A stretch of 64,000 bases of DNA from Catajapyx aquilonaris (lineage: Eukaryota). The notes beneath the pieces were generated by a model, which saw nothing but the letters and a program-made list of their open reading frames with translations, did no database searches and was not told the origin of the DNA. The stretch covers positions 1 through 64,000 of the forward strand of contig KZ538275.1 in the NCBI GenBank assembly GCA_000934665.2. The letters run 5' to 3'. The position numbers and the translations under genes were made by a program. This document shows, in pieces, positions 25,823 through 38,777 of the stretch (positions are counted from its first letter, which is position 1; the number at the start of each line of letters is the position of its first letter).

Positions 25823-28800
25823 GTCAACCGACTGACAGTCAGAGTTTAAGAGAGTATCAAAATGAAAGTCCAGACTGTAGAAACTATCTATGCCTGTTAG
25901 ACTTTAGATTACTATCGTAGTTGCCTTGCCAAGTGAAAAAAAAGTGAAAATGTCGAGGGAAAAAAACCATAACCAATTTTTTTTTATTATATAGGTGATG
26001 TATGTGAGTGCACCACCACTTTAGGGAAATCTCACTGCTCACGGCCACTGGAATTATATGACCGCTTATAAGAGGAGGGATCCCGGAGTTGTGGTTCTCG
26101 TAGCAGCTCCGGATAACAAGCCGAGCTTGCTTCTCGCAGTGTCTGGCGTTCCTTATTTTTCTAATGCTCCGTAGATTTGTTAGAAGGAATGCGAGTTACA
26201 GCTTCAGTTTTATAGTCTATGCAAAAAGGAGGTGAAAACACACTACACAACACACACTGACACACTCAAATCAGGTGGTGAAAAGACTTGAGTTTCGTAG
26301 TAGTCCTACATGTGCAGGCTGGGTCCAGGACAGGAAAATTGACGAGTACCCAAAACGGCGGATTTTTGGGAGGACAGTTGTAGCTCAATAAGGAAAAGAT
26401 GTTAACAGGCTCTTGAGCGATTAAATTGAAAGGGGCTGTCCTATTCTACATATTGTATGTTTCCGTTTGAGAGTCGCCCGAGTGGAAAGGAATGCAGTCA
26501 GGTTTTGTTACATTTCTTGTCTTCCGTGACTCAGAGGCTTCCAAAATTGAATTATTTTCAAAAGAAGGAAGGTGATAGCCAAGAGATGCAGGGCCAGCGA
26601 AACCTTGATACTTCGAACCATAGTGTGATAAAAGTATATAAAGCCTAATTAGATTTTTCACCAGGAAATTGACACGTCTGTGCTTGCTTTTATTAGCATG
26701 CACGAATTAGCAATAAAAACTGGTTATGCTTCCCTCAGGGGGTGGTTCGGCTTATTGAGGTTTGGCATGGAAGGAAATTGGAAGGGGGTACCTGAAGACC
26801 CAGCAAGGGCGAAATTTTCTTTGATATTTTAGTTTCCTTGACCCAACACACCTCCCTCACTTATGTCAGGATAGCGAGGGTGGCTAGGAGGAATGATTTT
26901 TTAAAAATTCACCAAAGAAGCGTTAGTCGATGGCGGCACCGCAGCCGAGGGTACAAAGTAGGTGGGAGCTAATACGTGAAACAAAGAGAGTAACCAAAAC
27001 GTAGGCATCGAAATCAAAACGTAGAGGGTCCATTTGAGCGCATGCAGAATTATAAAAGAAAAAAACACCGTAGTCCGTAGCCTTAGTAGAAGAACGGAGT
27101 AAAGCGAAACTGGAGCTGATTTTGATAAATAGCCATTTGTTATATACAGTACACTATTGTTATGATCTACATATTGTTGAAAATATTTGCAGATAGTCAC
27201 ACTGTTCCTTGAGGATGATTTGTTAAAAAACGAAAAGCTCAATATATGTGTACATAGCAGGGGGATTTTAAAAAATTATAATTATTATTACAGTAGGGGA
27301 GTTAGCCTTCAGAATGAGTCTCCCAATTTTTCTTTTTGGTAGCTGAATCAAACCATAGGAAAACTTTTAATATATTTCAGATTTATGGTAGTTGGATGTA
27401 ACTTGAGCTCCGAAGCCAGTTACAGGTGGCTATGCAATATTAGAGTGATATAGCAAATTTGAATGTCAACACTTGGTCCCTCTCCTCCCGTCTCGCACTA
27501 TTTCCCCAGGTCATATTAAGGCAAAGGTCAACCACTGGCCCTCTTCTGGCCGCTTCTCTCCCAACTCTGACCTCAGCGGGGCAATGTACCGCAGATACTC
27601 TTTATTTTCTGGCGCAGTCCGGGTTGCCAAAATTCACTCATTTCTTCCTCCTTGTCCGGCAGGTCAGATGGAAAAGAAGCAGTCCAAGGGCCTGCGCACT
27701 GATTTTTATGGTTTTGTCAAATTTCCTACTCCAGAAGTGAGTTCCCCTCCACCCCTCTCCCTGTGGTTCTGCTTCCTGGACTAAAAACATGGAGCAATAA
27801 TCGAATAGTAGTGCCTCCAGAAGACCGGAGAGCCGGTCATACTCAAATACACAAAAAAAGTGAAAAGGTAGAGAAATGAAGGTCCAGAAGCCAGTTGGAC
27901 CTCTTTTTTTCTTGTTTGAATTATTTGTTCACCACCGCCCACTTAGGCCTAGGACAAGGGGTCTCATGGTACTAATCTGCGCCAGGACACTTAACCGGTG
28001 TGTGTGAAAAAGAATGTAAGACAAAAAAGAGAGTAAACGATAGTGACGATAACAATGATAATAAAAACAAGAGGTCAAAAAATTAATGGCAAGTTAGATT
28101 TTGCAATAACTCACTGTCGAGCCAATTTTTATGTTAACTGCACCACAACCCTTCCCTGATCCGTTTGCTTCCAGTTATTATTTTTGTGTGTGTACATGTA
28201 TAGTCAGTACAGTGATTATTTTTATCACCCTTCCCCCCCCCCCTCCCTCTCTCCAACCCTCCAAAAAATAATGAACAGAAACTTACACACTTTTTCTCAT
28301 CTTGTCCAGACGGTGCAAGGTACAAAGGATCATTGTGATATTGTGTTCCCTGTTGGTCAGCCCATGTACAGTACATAGACAGTTAGCGGGGCGTTGAAGC
28401 GGCAAAAAGACCCAACAATAAGTCACTTCAGAGTTTGCACCTTCACGCCTCCTGCTGTATAGTTATAGACTTCCATTAACAAGTAGCGACTCAATCCTAA
28501 CTATGCAAACGTGCAGGTTACAATTCGACAACGTGTCATATATTTAAAAAAAAAAAGAAAAGTAGCTTTTGTTTGGTAGTAACAATTTATGTTGCTGTCA
28601 TTGGGTTTATTCTTCTCATGATGTTTCCTTCTTCCTGACCCCCATCCTCCCTGACGCCATCACTGAGTTTGGTTTTCAAGAGACAGATTTTAATATGAAG
28701 ACGAAGAGTAAATAAAATAAGAATAAAAGAAAGCAAACGGGGCGAGCAGCTTGTACTCAGTGCTTTACTCTTGCTGCGGATCTATCGTAAAAGAGGCCTG

Positions 28801-29631
28801 TAAGCTTTAAAAGTTTAGTTGTGTATATTCTGGAACAATATATAGAGAGAGAATTGCGTAGGAACCAGACTTTTCTTATGGCTCATTCACACTGCCGCTT
28901 TTTAATGCAAGCCACTTGCTTTTTAAGCATGTTGTGTAAATTACAAGTGTGCTTCTGGTCAGATGTCTGCTGTAATAGTGCTGTATATGGTACAGCGTAG
29001 ACATCCTATAGTTCAAAATTTTAACATTCAATTTTTTTTTACAAATTTAAGCTTCTAAAGCTGGCTTGCCCAAAAAAGCAGCAGTGTGAACAGTCTTTAC
29101 CCTCACTTTCGTTAGGAGACTGTCACCAACCAACAGGTCAGCAACCATCATCCTTGCAGTGTGAACAAAAACCGCTCGTATTTTTGGTGTATTTATTTAT
29201 AAATAACATGTAAATAAATTAGCAAAAAAAAAAGCAAGTTTGGCATGATCTGGAATACAATGTACAGAAGAATTTAAAACAAAAAAAAAACAAGACCCAC
29301 CCACCTCCCAGAGAGAGAACGTCACCCATGACGCCTCCCGAAAAGCGCGTCACGGTGTCAGGTCCCATCGTTGGTGGGTGACACCGCGACGCGCCTTTTT
29401 GATTGGTCGCACCACCGCGTCCACGTTTAGTCCCAGCTGACAAGGAAATCTGAAAAAAGGTGAACTTCCTCCTGTCCAGTCACCGGAACGGAAATTTATT
29501 GCCCCTCAAGAAACTGGTTCATGGTGAATAACCTCAGGAAGGGGCTGACCTGGCCAAGGCCATATGTGACGCGGTGGTGAGCAAGACTGTCCCGTAATTA
29601 TGTACAACACGTTCAAGGAAGGAAGAGGTCA

Positions 29632-32600
29632 CTATTTGATGGGAGGTGATCTGTGGGAGATGTCCTGGATGAAATGGGTGAGGAATCTTTTGGAGAAGTA
29701 GGGCGAGATGGGCGAGTCGGCTCCTAGACGCGTCTTGGCCGCCAGACGACGTCGCTGGAGGATGTAGGCGAAGGCCAGGGCCAGCACCAGTTGGGCCAGG
29801 AGGAACATCACCCCTGCCACCACCAGGCCCACCAGGTTGTGGCAGGTCGAGCTCATCGGGGCGGATGTCGCGTCGCTGCCGTCTTCCTTGGCCGCGATCT
29901 GGAGTGGGGTACAATCATGTCACGGTCCGTCACAGTCAAGTCACGCGCCGTCACGGTCCGTCACAACCCATGTCACGCACCGTCACATTGGTGTCACGGT
30001 CCGTAACAGTCAAGTCACGCACCGAAACACATGTCACGGCCCGTCACATTGGCGTCAACCCCCACTTATTTCGATCATGGTCTTACCTGAGGGTCAAACT
30101 TGAACCGATCGGCGATCCGGATGGATTGCATGACAACGACGTTCTCCTTGTCGGTGGCCTGACGCTTCCGTCGGCCGTACGAGTCGGTGCGTCGTACCTG
30201 TCCGAAGTAGTCCTCCACGTCGCACTGGATCGGCTCGCAGGACGGCAAGCACGGCGTCACCAGAGCCTGACGATGGGATCAGGTCAGCATTTTCAGTCAG
30301 GAAACGAAAACGAAAACGTGAAAATTGGGCTCCACCCCCCTAGAAGTTCGCCAGTGAAGTGTACTGTAATAATTCTGTAAATGCTAATCCGCCGAATGGA
30401 GCATGGTTTCACGGTTCCGGTTTCACGGTTTGGTTCCGGTTGAGAGCGAATGAAAAGAAAAGTTTTATAGGAACTCCCTTAATCTACGAGATGGCAGCCG
30501 GAAGTTTGCGTGATCGGTCATAACGGTTTACTCACTTGAAACTGTACGACACTCGAGGATGGGAACTTGAATGCGTCGAATGGAGCCTGCAGGGTACGTC
30601 CACTGTCGGCTACCTTCAGTACCGGACCCATGATGGTAACGTCCGTGGGACAGCCTAATGAGTCGATGAGAAGAATCTCGCTGTTGTCCAGTCCGTCCAT
30701 GGCGACCAGCTCACGGACGAACATCTCGTACGGCGAGTTCCGATCGGTGATCTCGAACCAGAGGCTGAGGGGGTCGCCCACTTGGGCCGTACTGATGTCG
30801 TTGCCAAGTCGGTCCGTGATCCGCATGGTGACATTTGGTGATGCGACGACCGCCGACTCGGTGGCTGTCGTGTGGATCTTGCCGCTCACCTGAAGCTCTA
30901 GTCCGTTCGAGATGCTGCGGTTCTCCAGGGCGAAATAACACCGTACTGCCAGTCCGATGTCCTGGCTTGTCACCACCTGATCGTGGTGCTGGATGATGAC
31001 ATCGCTGCTGAAACTTCCAGGCGCGTCCTGCTTGACATCGCAGTTCAGGTCGTTGTAGCCTAGTCGAAGTTCAAAGTCCAGGCTGTTTTGAACGTCCATA
31101 ACGCACGAGTTGGGCCTAGCTTTAGCGTACAGCTTCCCATCGAAGATCCGGTTGGTATGCACCCTAGCCACCATGTCCGTTGCTCGACAGTCGATGCTCA
31201 CGTTGTAGCACGCTCCAAGTTCGTACGACGAACTACCAGGCAGGTTCTCATACGGCGCCTGAAACAGGGTTCGTTACACTCGATACCAGACCACCTGTCG
31301 ACATACAGTACCTCAACATGCTGCAACGTAGCCGCGGCATGGTGGCTGAGACGACACACACCTTCCTGCTGGTAGTCATACGTCCTGCATCGAAACGGTG
31401 CATCCAGACAAAGCTGCCGACAATCCTCCATACTAGCCACACTCTCATGAAGCGCATCGACAGTCTTCAGCAGTCGGTTCTCCAGCAACTGGAAGTCGCA
31501 CATCTTCAAGGGGTCATCCACGCACGTCGACTCCAAGTACTGCAACCCTTTCTTCTCCTGTAAGTACACAGTGCCAGATAAGTAAGGTAGCTCAAACTAG
31601 CCTCCGAGCGAGGGTCTTCTCTTACCAGAAACGCGTTACTGGACGCCGTGGTCAGCCGATCCATATGACTCAAACTGCAATCGCCAGTGTCAGGGTCAAA
31701 GGTGGCTGACCTGAAAAATAATGCCCGATTAATTTTAGACTAATCATCCAACGGGGGTGGATCTAGGGTTGTTGAACTTTTCAAAAAACACAGATGTGGC
31801 ACACAGGTGGCAGCCGTAGCGGGAGGATGAAACATCCCGTGACGAGGTGCTGCTGCATGGTGAGGTGTTCAGTTGGGGTGAGACAGCAACACATTCTCAG
31901 CCTTGACATGTGCAATTTCAAGGGACGATGGGTAAGAAGCTTCCCGAAAACTGTACCGGACTACGGTGTCCACCTGTTTTTTTAAGTGTGTTTTGCCCAC
32001 CCTTGCTTCAAGGCCGCTTGTTCTGCTCCGAAGACATGTGGGTGTGGTAGGAAAGGGTCATCCCAAACCGGGAATTAGGTAGGGCCTAACTGGATTTTTT
32101 TTAAGGCAGCACCTAGCCCGAACTATTAATGAAAAATGGGCAAACAATGCCAAGTGGCTGATGTCAAGGTCATCCTTCCTGGATGGTCCTATGTAACTAA
32201 CGGTACAGCAACTCCATCATGAGGTCACTAATGATGTACCCATACATTAAATGGAATGCCTGAAGTGATGGATTAGTACACAGGAAACGTACAGGGTGTA
32301 CTAAAAAATTTATTACACTTTTTTTTTTACTGCGAACGATAGAATCGCGAAACTCGTTACACAATTTTTAAAATCCACCGATAAATTCCGTTTGTGGTTA
32401 TGACCCTGGGAAAGGACGAACCGCAGGTACTACTACAAAAAACGTACCTGCAAGGAAAGGCGCGTTCCTGAAGGCACACCTCCATGCATGATTTCCTGGA
32501 GGCCACTCGACGCGACTTTTTATGGAATCCTCTCAGATGATGGTCGTACACCACTTCGAAGCTCCATGGCCTGTTGCGACAGCTCCCTAGTCCTCGTAGA

Positions 32601-33890
32601 CACGTCTTGTGCGAGTACATGGTGAAGACCGGGTACTGAGACAGCGCCAGTCCCTCTGTGGCAGGCAGGTGGTCAAAAGGTCACATGCGTTCACACACTG
32701 ACACATTGCGAAAAACCGCACCGGCATGCAACCGCCCCATCTTCGGAAAACATTTCAACCCCGTTAACTCGACTCGGCGGTCACTCCCCGTTAGACCCAG
32801 ACTCACCGTCGACACGTGCCGACACTTTTCATCCGACCAGGTCATACTCAGCTAATTACAGCCTCAGGTCACAATGGGCAGAAATTCTACGATTAGTGCA
32901 ATTTATTATGTAATTTAACTGTTATGTTGTATGATTTAACTATCATATTAGTTACTAGCAGGGGGTTCACATGGGAATTTATTGAGAAATCCCGTTGCTA
33001 TGATATCACTGTTGCCATGGTAATCATGTTGCTGTGGTAACCAGTTGCCATGGAATGGGACATACCGACAAACTTTCCCCTTTATATACTGGAGCCCTAT
33101 ACTATAAAATATTATCAGAACTACAATGTACATTATTGGCATTGTGATTGACAGTAATTGTTGCCCACTGTGACGTCAGTATAGCTAGCAATAATTGCAA
33201 TATCCAGACTGGACTATAATTAAGCTAATTAAGCAATAAAAGTTGGCCGGATACATTTTGCATTTTAAACTGCATAAATTTAAGCTGCATATTTATGCAT
33301 TGAGCTGCATTTTATTCAGAGCGTTAAACTGCATGTTTAATGCACGTACACTACAAAGTGAGACCTAGATTTTGCACTATTTAAATTAATGTTATATTGC
33401 GTAAAATTTATGCAGGCCGTGTTTTTTAGTGTAGGACGTGCGTGACCGTGACGATCCGGCTTGGGATATTACGTGTAATATAAGGTAATGATGGTAATAT
33501 GCACTGTTTACTCGCGTTGATGAGCTTGCTACCATTGTCTCGAGGTTTTCGTGTCGGATAAACATTAGTGGTCTTTGAACTTTTGCGGCCCCTGTACATG
33601 TCATGCGAAAGGTGGTAAAATGATGTACCTGGTTTTTGCTCCGCGCTGGTTGAAAACATGACGCAAAGACCAGTCTCAAAGTTGACTGAATGACACGACG
33701 TATTGGCTCTACAGGTGTCCAGGCAATCGGCCAACCTTAGTGTCCCAGGTAAGGTGTCCAGTATGTCCGATGGTGCACTATACACATACCCGGTCACAAG
33801 TTCGAAAGTGATTGACCCTCCATCCTCACACTGGTCTTGACCCACCACCACGGTGACCATCAGAAGGAACAACCACCTGTACGACCCCAT
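29632..33890 (-). CDS. PAN/Apple (x3) + ZP-domain transmembrane apical ECM/cuticle protein (neyo/nyobe/morpheyus/NompA-like), about 656 aa
   Basis: Exons (- strand): 33890-33629, 32655-32448, 31710-31626, 31557-31312, 31258-30536, 30266-30087, 29898-29632; phases consistent. Signal peptide MGSYRWLFLLMVTVVVG; three Cys-patterned PAN modules (CLDTC...CHSVNFETGLC; CMEVC...FPCRSATF..GDCSLS; CRQLC..FRCRTYDY...CRLS); ZP domain (CYNVSIDC...FDGKLYAK...FDAFKFPSSSVVQFQALVTPC); furin site RRKR; C-terminal TM helix followed by RRR. Confidence 0.92.
29918..30057. repeat. GTCAC-based tandem repeat filling the last intron of the ZP gene
   Basis: Repeated tgtcacggtccgtcacagtcaagtcacgc / atgtcacgcaccgtcacattgg units. 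Confidence 0.8.
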
Positions 33891-34388
33891 TCTTCTGCAA
33901 CTTCACTTGTTCATATCTAGAGGACCCTTCCCTATCGGCTCCTACCAATCTACTGCTCCCCAACCACAGGACGATGAAGATGGTTTGAAGAGGGCCGCAG
34001 CGGTCTCGTGTGACGTCACTTTCTTTTTTGTCTGCTGAAGAGGATTGGAGAAGAAGCAAAGTCTCGGTTGGCAGGTTAGGAGTTCTGGGGTTGGATGGCA
34101 TTATTCTTCTCATAACTCAACGTCTTCCGTGACCTCCGGAGAGGTCTTAACACCTTTTGGCACTTTTCCGTCTTCCGGTTATCCGGATGAATTCACTCGT
34201 GATCGCGCAGACATCCGGATAACAGTCGAAATAGTGTCCTCCATTGTTGGACTGCACGATCGACCAAAAACGGTTATGCGGCAGTGGAAAAAGCTGAAAA
34301 CCGCATAAAAATATGCACCATTCTATATAATTATTCACATACTGTGTACATCCGGAAGTACACAACATCAATACCGAAATATACATAA

Positions 34389-34437
34389 CCTCCTGAGACC
34401 CCCTGGTACAGTATACTGTACCAGGGGTCTCAGGAGG
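34389..34437. repeat. Near-perfect 49-bp palindrome
   Basis: CCTCCTGAGACCCCCTGGTACAGTA|TACTGTACCAGGGGTCTCAGGAGG; one unpaired C and no spacer. Confidence 0.9.
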
Positions 34438-37007
34438 ATAAATAAACGCTGAAAATTCGAAACATATAAAAATATGCATCTGGTGGATAAAATCATTTGT
34501 AATAAATAATTTTATTCATAAAAATGCCCCCAGCTTACACGATATAAACACTGAGAGTTACATAAAAATAAATGAATAAACACTGGAAATGTTGCACCTG
34601 GTGCATAATATAATAATTCATTTTAATAAATAATTTTGTCCTCCAAAAAGGGTTCTGCCTTCGAAAGGGGTATCGTAATAAAAATAAATAAAATAAATAA
34701 ATAATTTTATTCACATGCTGTATTTATGCACCACTAAAAATACATAAAATTAATAAACGCTGAAATTTCAAGCCGTATAAAAATTGCGCCTGGTGCATAA
34801 AATAATACACTTTTATTCATATTTTTATTCACATCCTGTATACATTTATGCACCAGCGGGAAGTGCACAAAATACAAAAATAAGCAATGAACACTATTAA
34901 AATATAAATACTGCGATTCAGTGCAAGAAACTGTATTGTTGACAAACTAATAATTAATAAATACCGATATGTTCCGCCCTCTACTTAGTCTACTACATAT
35001 TCCGATGTACTCGGTAGTTTTCACAGTGTGTTTCGTAAAAAAATGTCGGCTTTACATGAACCGCTTTTGAGTGACCGGTTAAACCCGATTTTTCACCGGT
35101 GTCGTACGGTATATTTCGCTTGCTTATTGAAACGTCGTGTTAACAGATACGGCGCGTTAAGTCCATCCACTTTACGTCATTCATTTACAAAAATCGCTCT
35201 AAAACCATTACTGTAAGCCCCAGATTACTGTTCGTGACCACACATTTTAGGAAGCTACAATTTACAGTAAGCCGGAAAAAGTTCCCATCATTTTTGGACA
35301 ATTAAAAAGAAAAAAAAATTCTGAAAATAGACCGCTACATACTGTAATTGAAAGTAATTTCAAACTCAAAAAAAAAAAAATCCGGAACTTCATTTTCGAA
35401 GTTGAGGACGCGTATCGGACACTTAAATTAAACAAAAGGCAGTTCATTGATAGTCCTTAAGGGGGATAGCTATGTCCAAAAGGCCAAGGTCAGAATCAGA
35501 AGTCCCGCTAACCTTCCTCTTCGTCTTCTTCTTCTTCTTCAACACTCACCTGCCTTTCCCTTTCCTCATCTACGGTCAATGACCTCCAGGTGTTGACTCG
35601 TTGCTTATAGGCCCCTCCTCGAACCACCAATTGTGGGTCAAGGGCCAGACAAATCTATTAACTCTATTCATGGGGTACTGGGTAAATCTGTTATCAAACT
35701 CATGTGAAATAGAGCTTGAGCTCTTTTTGGTCCTTGATCCCGTTAGTAAGATCAGGATCAAAGTTGGTACCAGGAAATTGGGCAGGTTGTAACGGTGGAC
35801 ACCTCATGTGTTACGTACACTCTCAGGCTGCAGGGTGTGGTAGTTATTCATGGAGAGGTCACTGTATGATAGTACTGTGCAATATTATCATGCGAAGCGG
35901 TTGGGCTCTAGAAAAAACCATCGCTTCGCTGTTTTCTATAGGACGAAGGCCTGCCATCCGGGCGAAGGCCTACCATCCGGGCGAAGACCTAGAAAATCAC
36001 TCTTTTTTTTTCTACAAACTAATATTTTCTCCGTAAGATGAATTGTACTGGTGCTTCTGGTATACCTTGATGTAGATGAATAGATGTGGTGCGACCACCA
36101 TGATGCGTGGAAATGGCAAATTTATTCCAAATTTGGTGGGTTTCCGCATGAGAGTCACTTCCGAACTGCAGATGTTGTTTCCTTCATACACCAATGCTTC
36201 AGGTGGTTGCATGCTTCTTATGGGCCAAAAAATTGCCAAAAAATGGTAAAATTTCGGGTGACGTCATTGTCAGTGTGGACAGTTAGTCATATCCTGCGAG
36301 ATGGAGGCGCTCATCTAAAAGAACAATATAAAGTACAGTAATAACCTGTCAGGTGTAAGAACCGTTCGGGCAGCTTAATTAATAGCTTCTTTTGCCTCGC
36401 TTTGTAGCATTTCGGGTTGTAAAAAGGTTAACTTATTTATTGCATGCTTGTATGTGCCACGTTCTGCAGATCGACTAGTGTGGGCATTTTTGGCATGCTT
36501 GCTGTCATGTGTTGATCGTGTATTGCATGCACATTTGGCCTGGAGGTGTGCAAAGTGCTCGAACAACTAAGAGGCAATGCTAATTTTCGCCATCTGGTCG
36601 GGGTTGTTGGCATGTCGCAATTTCCTTGTCCTCCAGCATTTAAAATTTTTTTTTAAACCGCAATATGCTACTAGAAAAACCCTCGCTTCGCTCACATTTT
36701 TCTATGGTGTAGGCCAACCACTCGCTTCGCTTGCTTTTTTTAAAGGCCTGCGGTGTAGGCCACATCGTATAATGATGCTCATCCACACAAGCAACACTAC
36801 AAAACGTCACTGTGTAATTTGGGTTGCATATATATGCAAGGATGAAGGTGGGGTAGATTCTTTGGAAGGCGCCGTTGTTCACCGCGCTCAGGGTTACAAA
36901 TTCCTGTCTATACAACATTTCGTTTGCCTATCCCTCAATCAGATGACCCGTGACCCCAACCACCATAATGTGAAGGTCGCCTGGACCCACCTCCCAAGAA
37001 CGAGGAG

Positions 37008-37762
37008 ATCAATATTTTCCCTTTTCCCTCAAAATATTCTTAAAAAATATTCGTGTGCCAAAAACAAAAACAAATCCTGTTATGATTTCCTTTCATGTGA
37101 TATTTAAAAAAAAAATCGTGGTATAAAAATTTCACTGGTATAAAATTCACGTGGTGTAAAAATATCCATGCTATAAAAATATCCGTGGTATAAAAATTCA
37201 CGTGGTATGAAAATATCCATCTTTCGAATGAATTTTTTCATCGCATTATTTATACCATGAAAAAATGTTATCCCAGAGAATTTTTACGATTTACCCATCA
37301 ATATTTTCTGTTCTAATATTTTCCCTTTTCTCTCAAAATATTCTTAAAAAATATTCGTGTGCCAAAAACAAAAACAAATCCTGTTATGATTTCTTTTCAT
37401 GCAATATTTAAAAAAAAATCGTGGTATAAAAATTTGCCTGGTATGAAAATATCCATCTTTCGCATGAAATTTCTTTCGAATTAAATTTCTTTCGCAGGAA
37501 ATTTTTTTCGCATAAATTTTGTTCGCATGAATTTTTTCATCGTATTAAATTTATACCATGAAAAAATGTTATCTCAGAGAATTGTTACGATTTACCCATC
37601 AATATTTTCTGTTCTAATATTTTCCCTTTTCCCTCAAAATATTCTTAAAAAATATTCGTGTGCCAAAAACAAATCCTGCTATGATTTCTTTTCATGTGAT
37701 ATTTAAAAAAATATATCGGGGTATAAAAATATCCATGCTATAAAAATATCCGTGGTATAAAA
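37008..37762. repeat. AT-rich tandem repeat, about 300-bp period, about 2.5 copies
   Basis: The block aatattttcccttttccctcaaaatattcttaaaaaatattcgtgtgccaaaaacaaa...tgatttc..ttcatg recurs near 37010, 37315 and 37615, with internal cgtggtataaaaa subrepeats. Confidence 0.85.
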
Positions 37763-37764
37763 AT

Positions 37765-37873
37765 CGCTTCCTCAATCGAGGATATCCGTTGAAATGCAAA
37801 CCGCGCTTCCTCAATCGAGGGAGATCCGTTGAAATGCAAACCGTTTCTTCCTCAATCCAGAGAGATCCGTTGC
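37765..37873. repeat. Tandem repeat, about 40 bp x3
   Basis: cttcctcaatcgagga(t/g)atccgttgaaatgcaaaccg repeated; third copy diverged. Confidence 0.8.
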
Positions 37874-38777
37874 AGATAACGCCCTTCAAATACATGTGCT
37901 GCACATACCGTTTCGCACTGAAGCTGAAGGCGAAAAATAGGGTAACAAATTTAGTTGAAACTTCCAATCTGTGTTCCATTAAATATGGTATCATTATTAT
38001 CATTTCCTCCAAGAAGGTTCAATCCACAACTTCCCCAACGCAACCGGAATCTGAACAATAATGAATTTTTCAAGTCATATGATATTGGGGGGAAAGTTGT
38101 TTATTAGCAAGCCTCTAAGTGAGAGGTGACTGACCAAATCAATGACACGCTGCACTCGTCGACTCCACGTGGACATCAGCTCATGACAATTCCCCGTTAC
38201 ACACCTCCCCTGTTATTCAAGATGTCATTATACACACACTGGATATATGAATTTTAATGGGCTAATTAATCAATTTACTTGCTTAACGTTATTGGCCTTT
38301 TCACTTACCATTCTTTGGCAGGATGGCAATATTAACCCACCAGCAGCAGGTGCTTGCTACCAATGGAGGTCATGTCACTGTTTGTGTCCCATCACATCTA
38401 GTTTGAAACAAATCCAGGTAACCACAGTAAGGGATGTAATGAAAAGTATTACATCGGCATATAGCTTCTTTGTCATTCAGCACATTTTTACAATACAATT
38501 CTGGAGCGTCATATATTAAGGTAGAAAATGTCTACAAATACAGTCAGGAATGTACAACCATTTCAACTAAACTAACTGCTCAATTCATATGTCAGCAATT
38601 AGTGACACTTGGGTAGCATCTGTTATTGATCCAAATCAACTTGCTGTTTATTGGGGTTATCATAAAGAAAGCACCTCCCTAACATGGGTTTGAATCGCTA
38701 AAAATAACTGCAAGTCAAAAATGTTGCATGCACTGGGTATTTGTGGCAAACTTATCCACCAATGAGCACACTGACTA

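Noticed and set aside
31198..31311. Apparent frameshift or pseudogenisation in the ZP gene between ORFs 31198-31569 and 30518-31201
   Set aside because: A 53-nt GT-AG intron (31311-31259) restores the frame: QHVE|APYENLPGSSSYELGACYNV.
33903..33914. Three-codon uORF (ATG AAC AAG TGA, - strand) before the ZP start
   Set aside because: Too short to assess, and the TSS is unknown.
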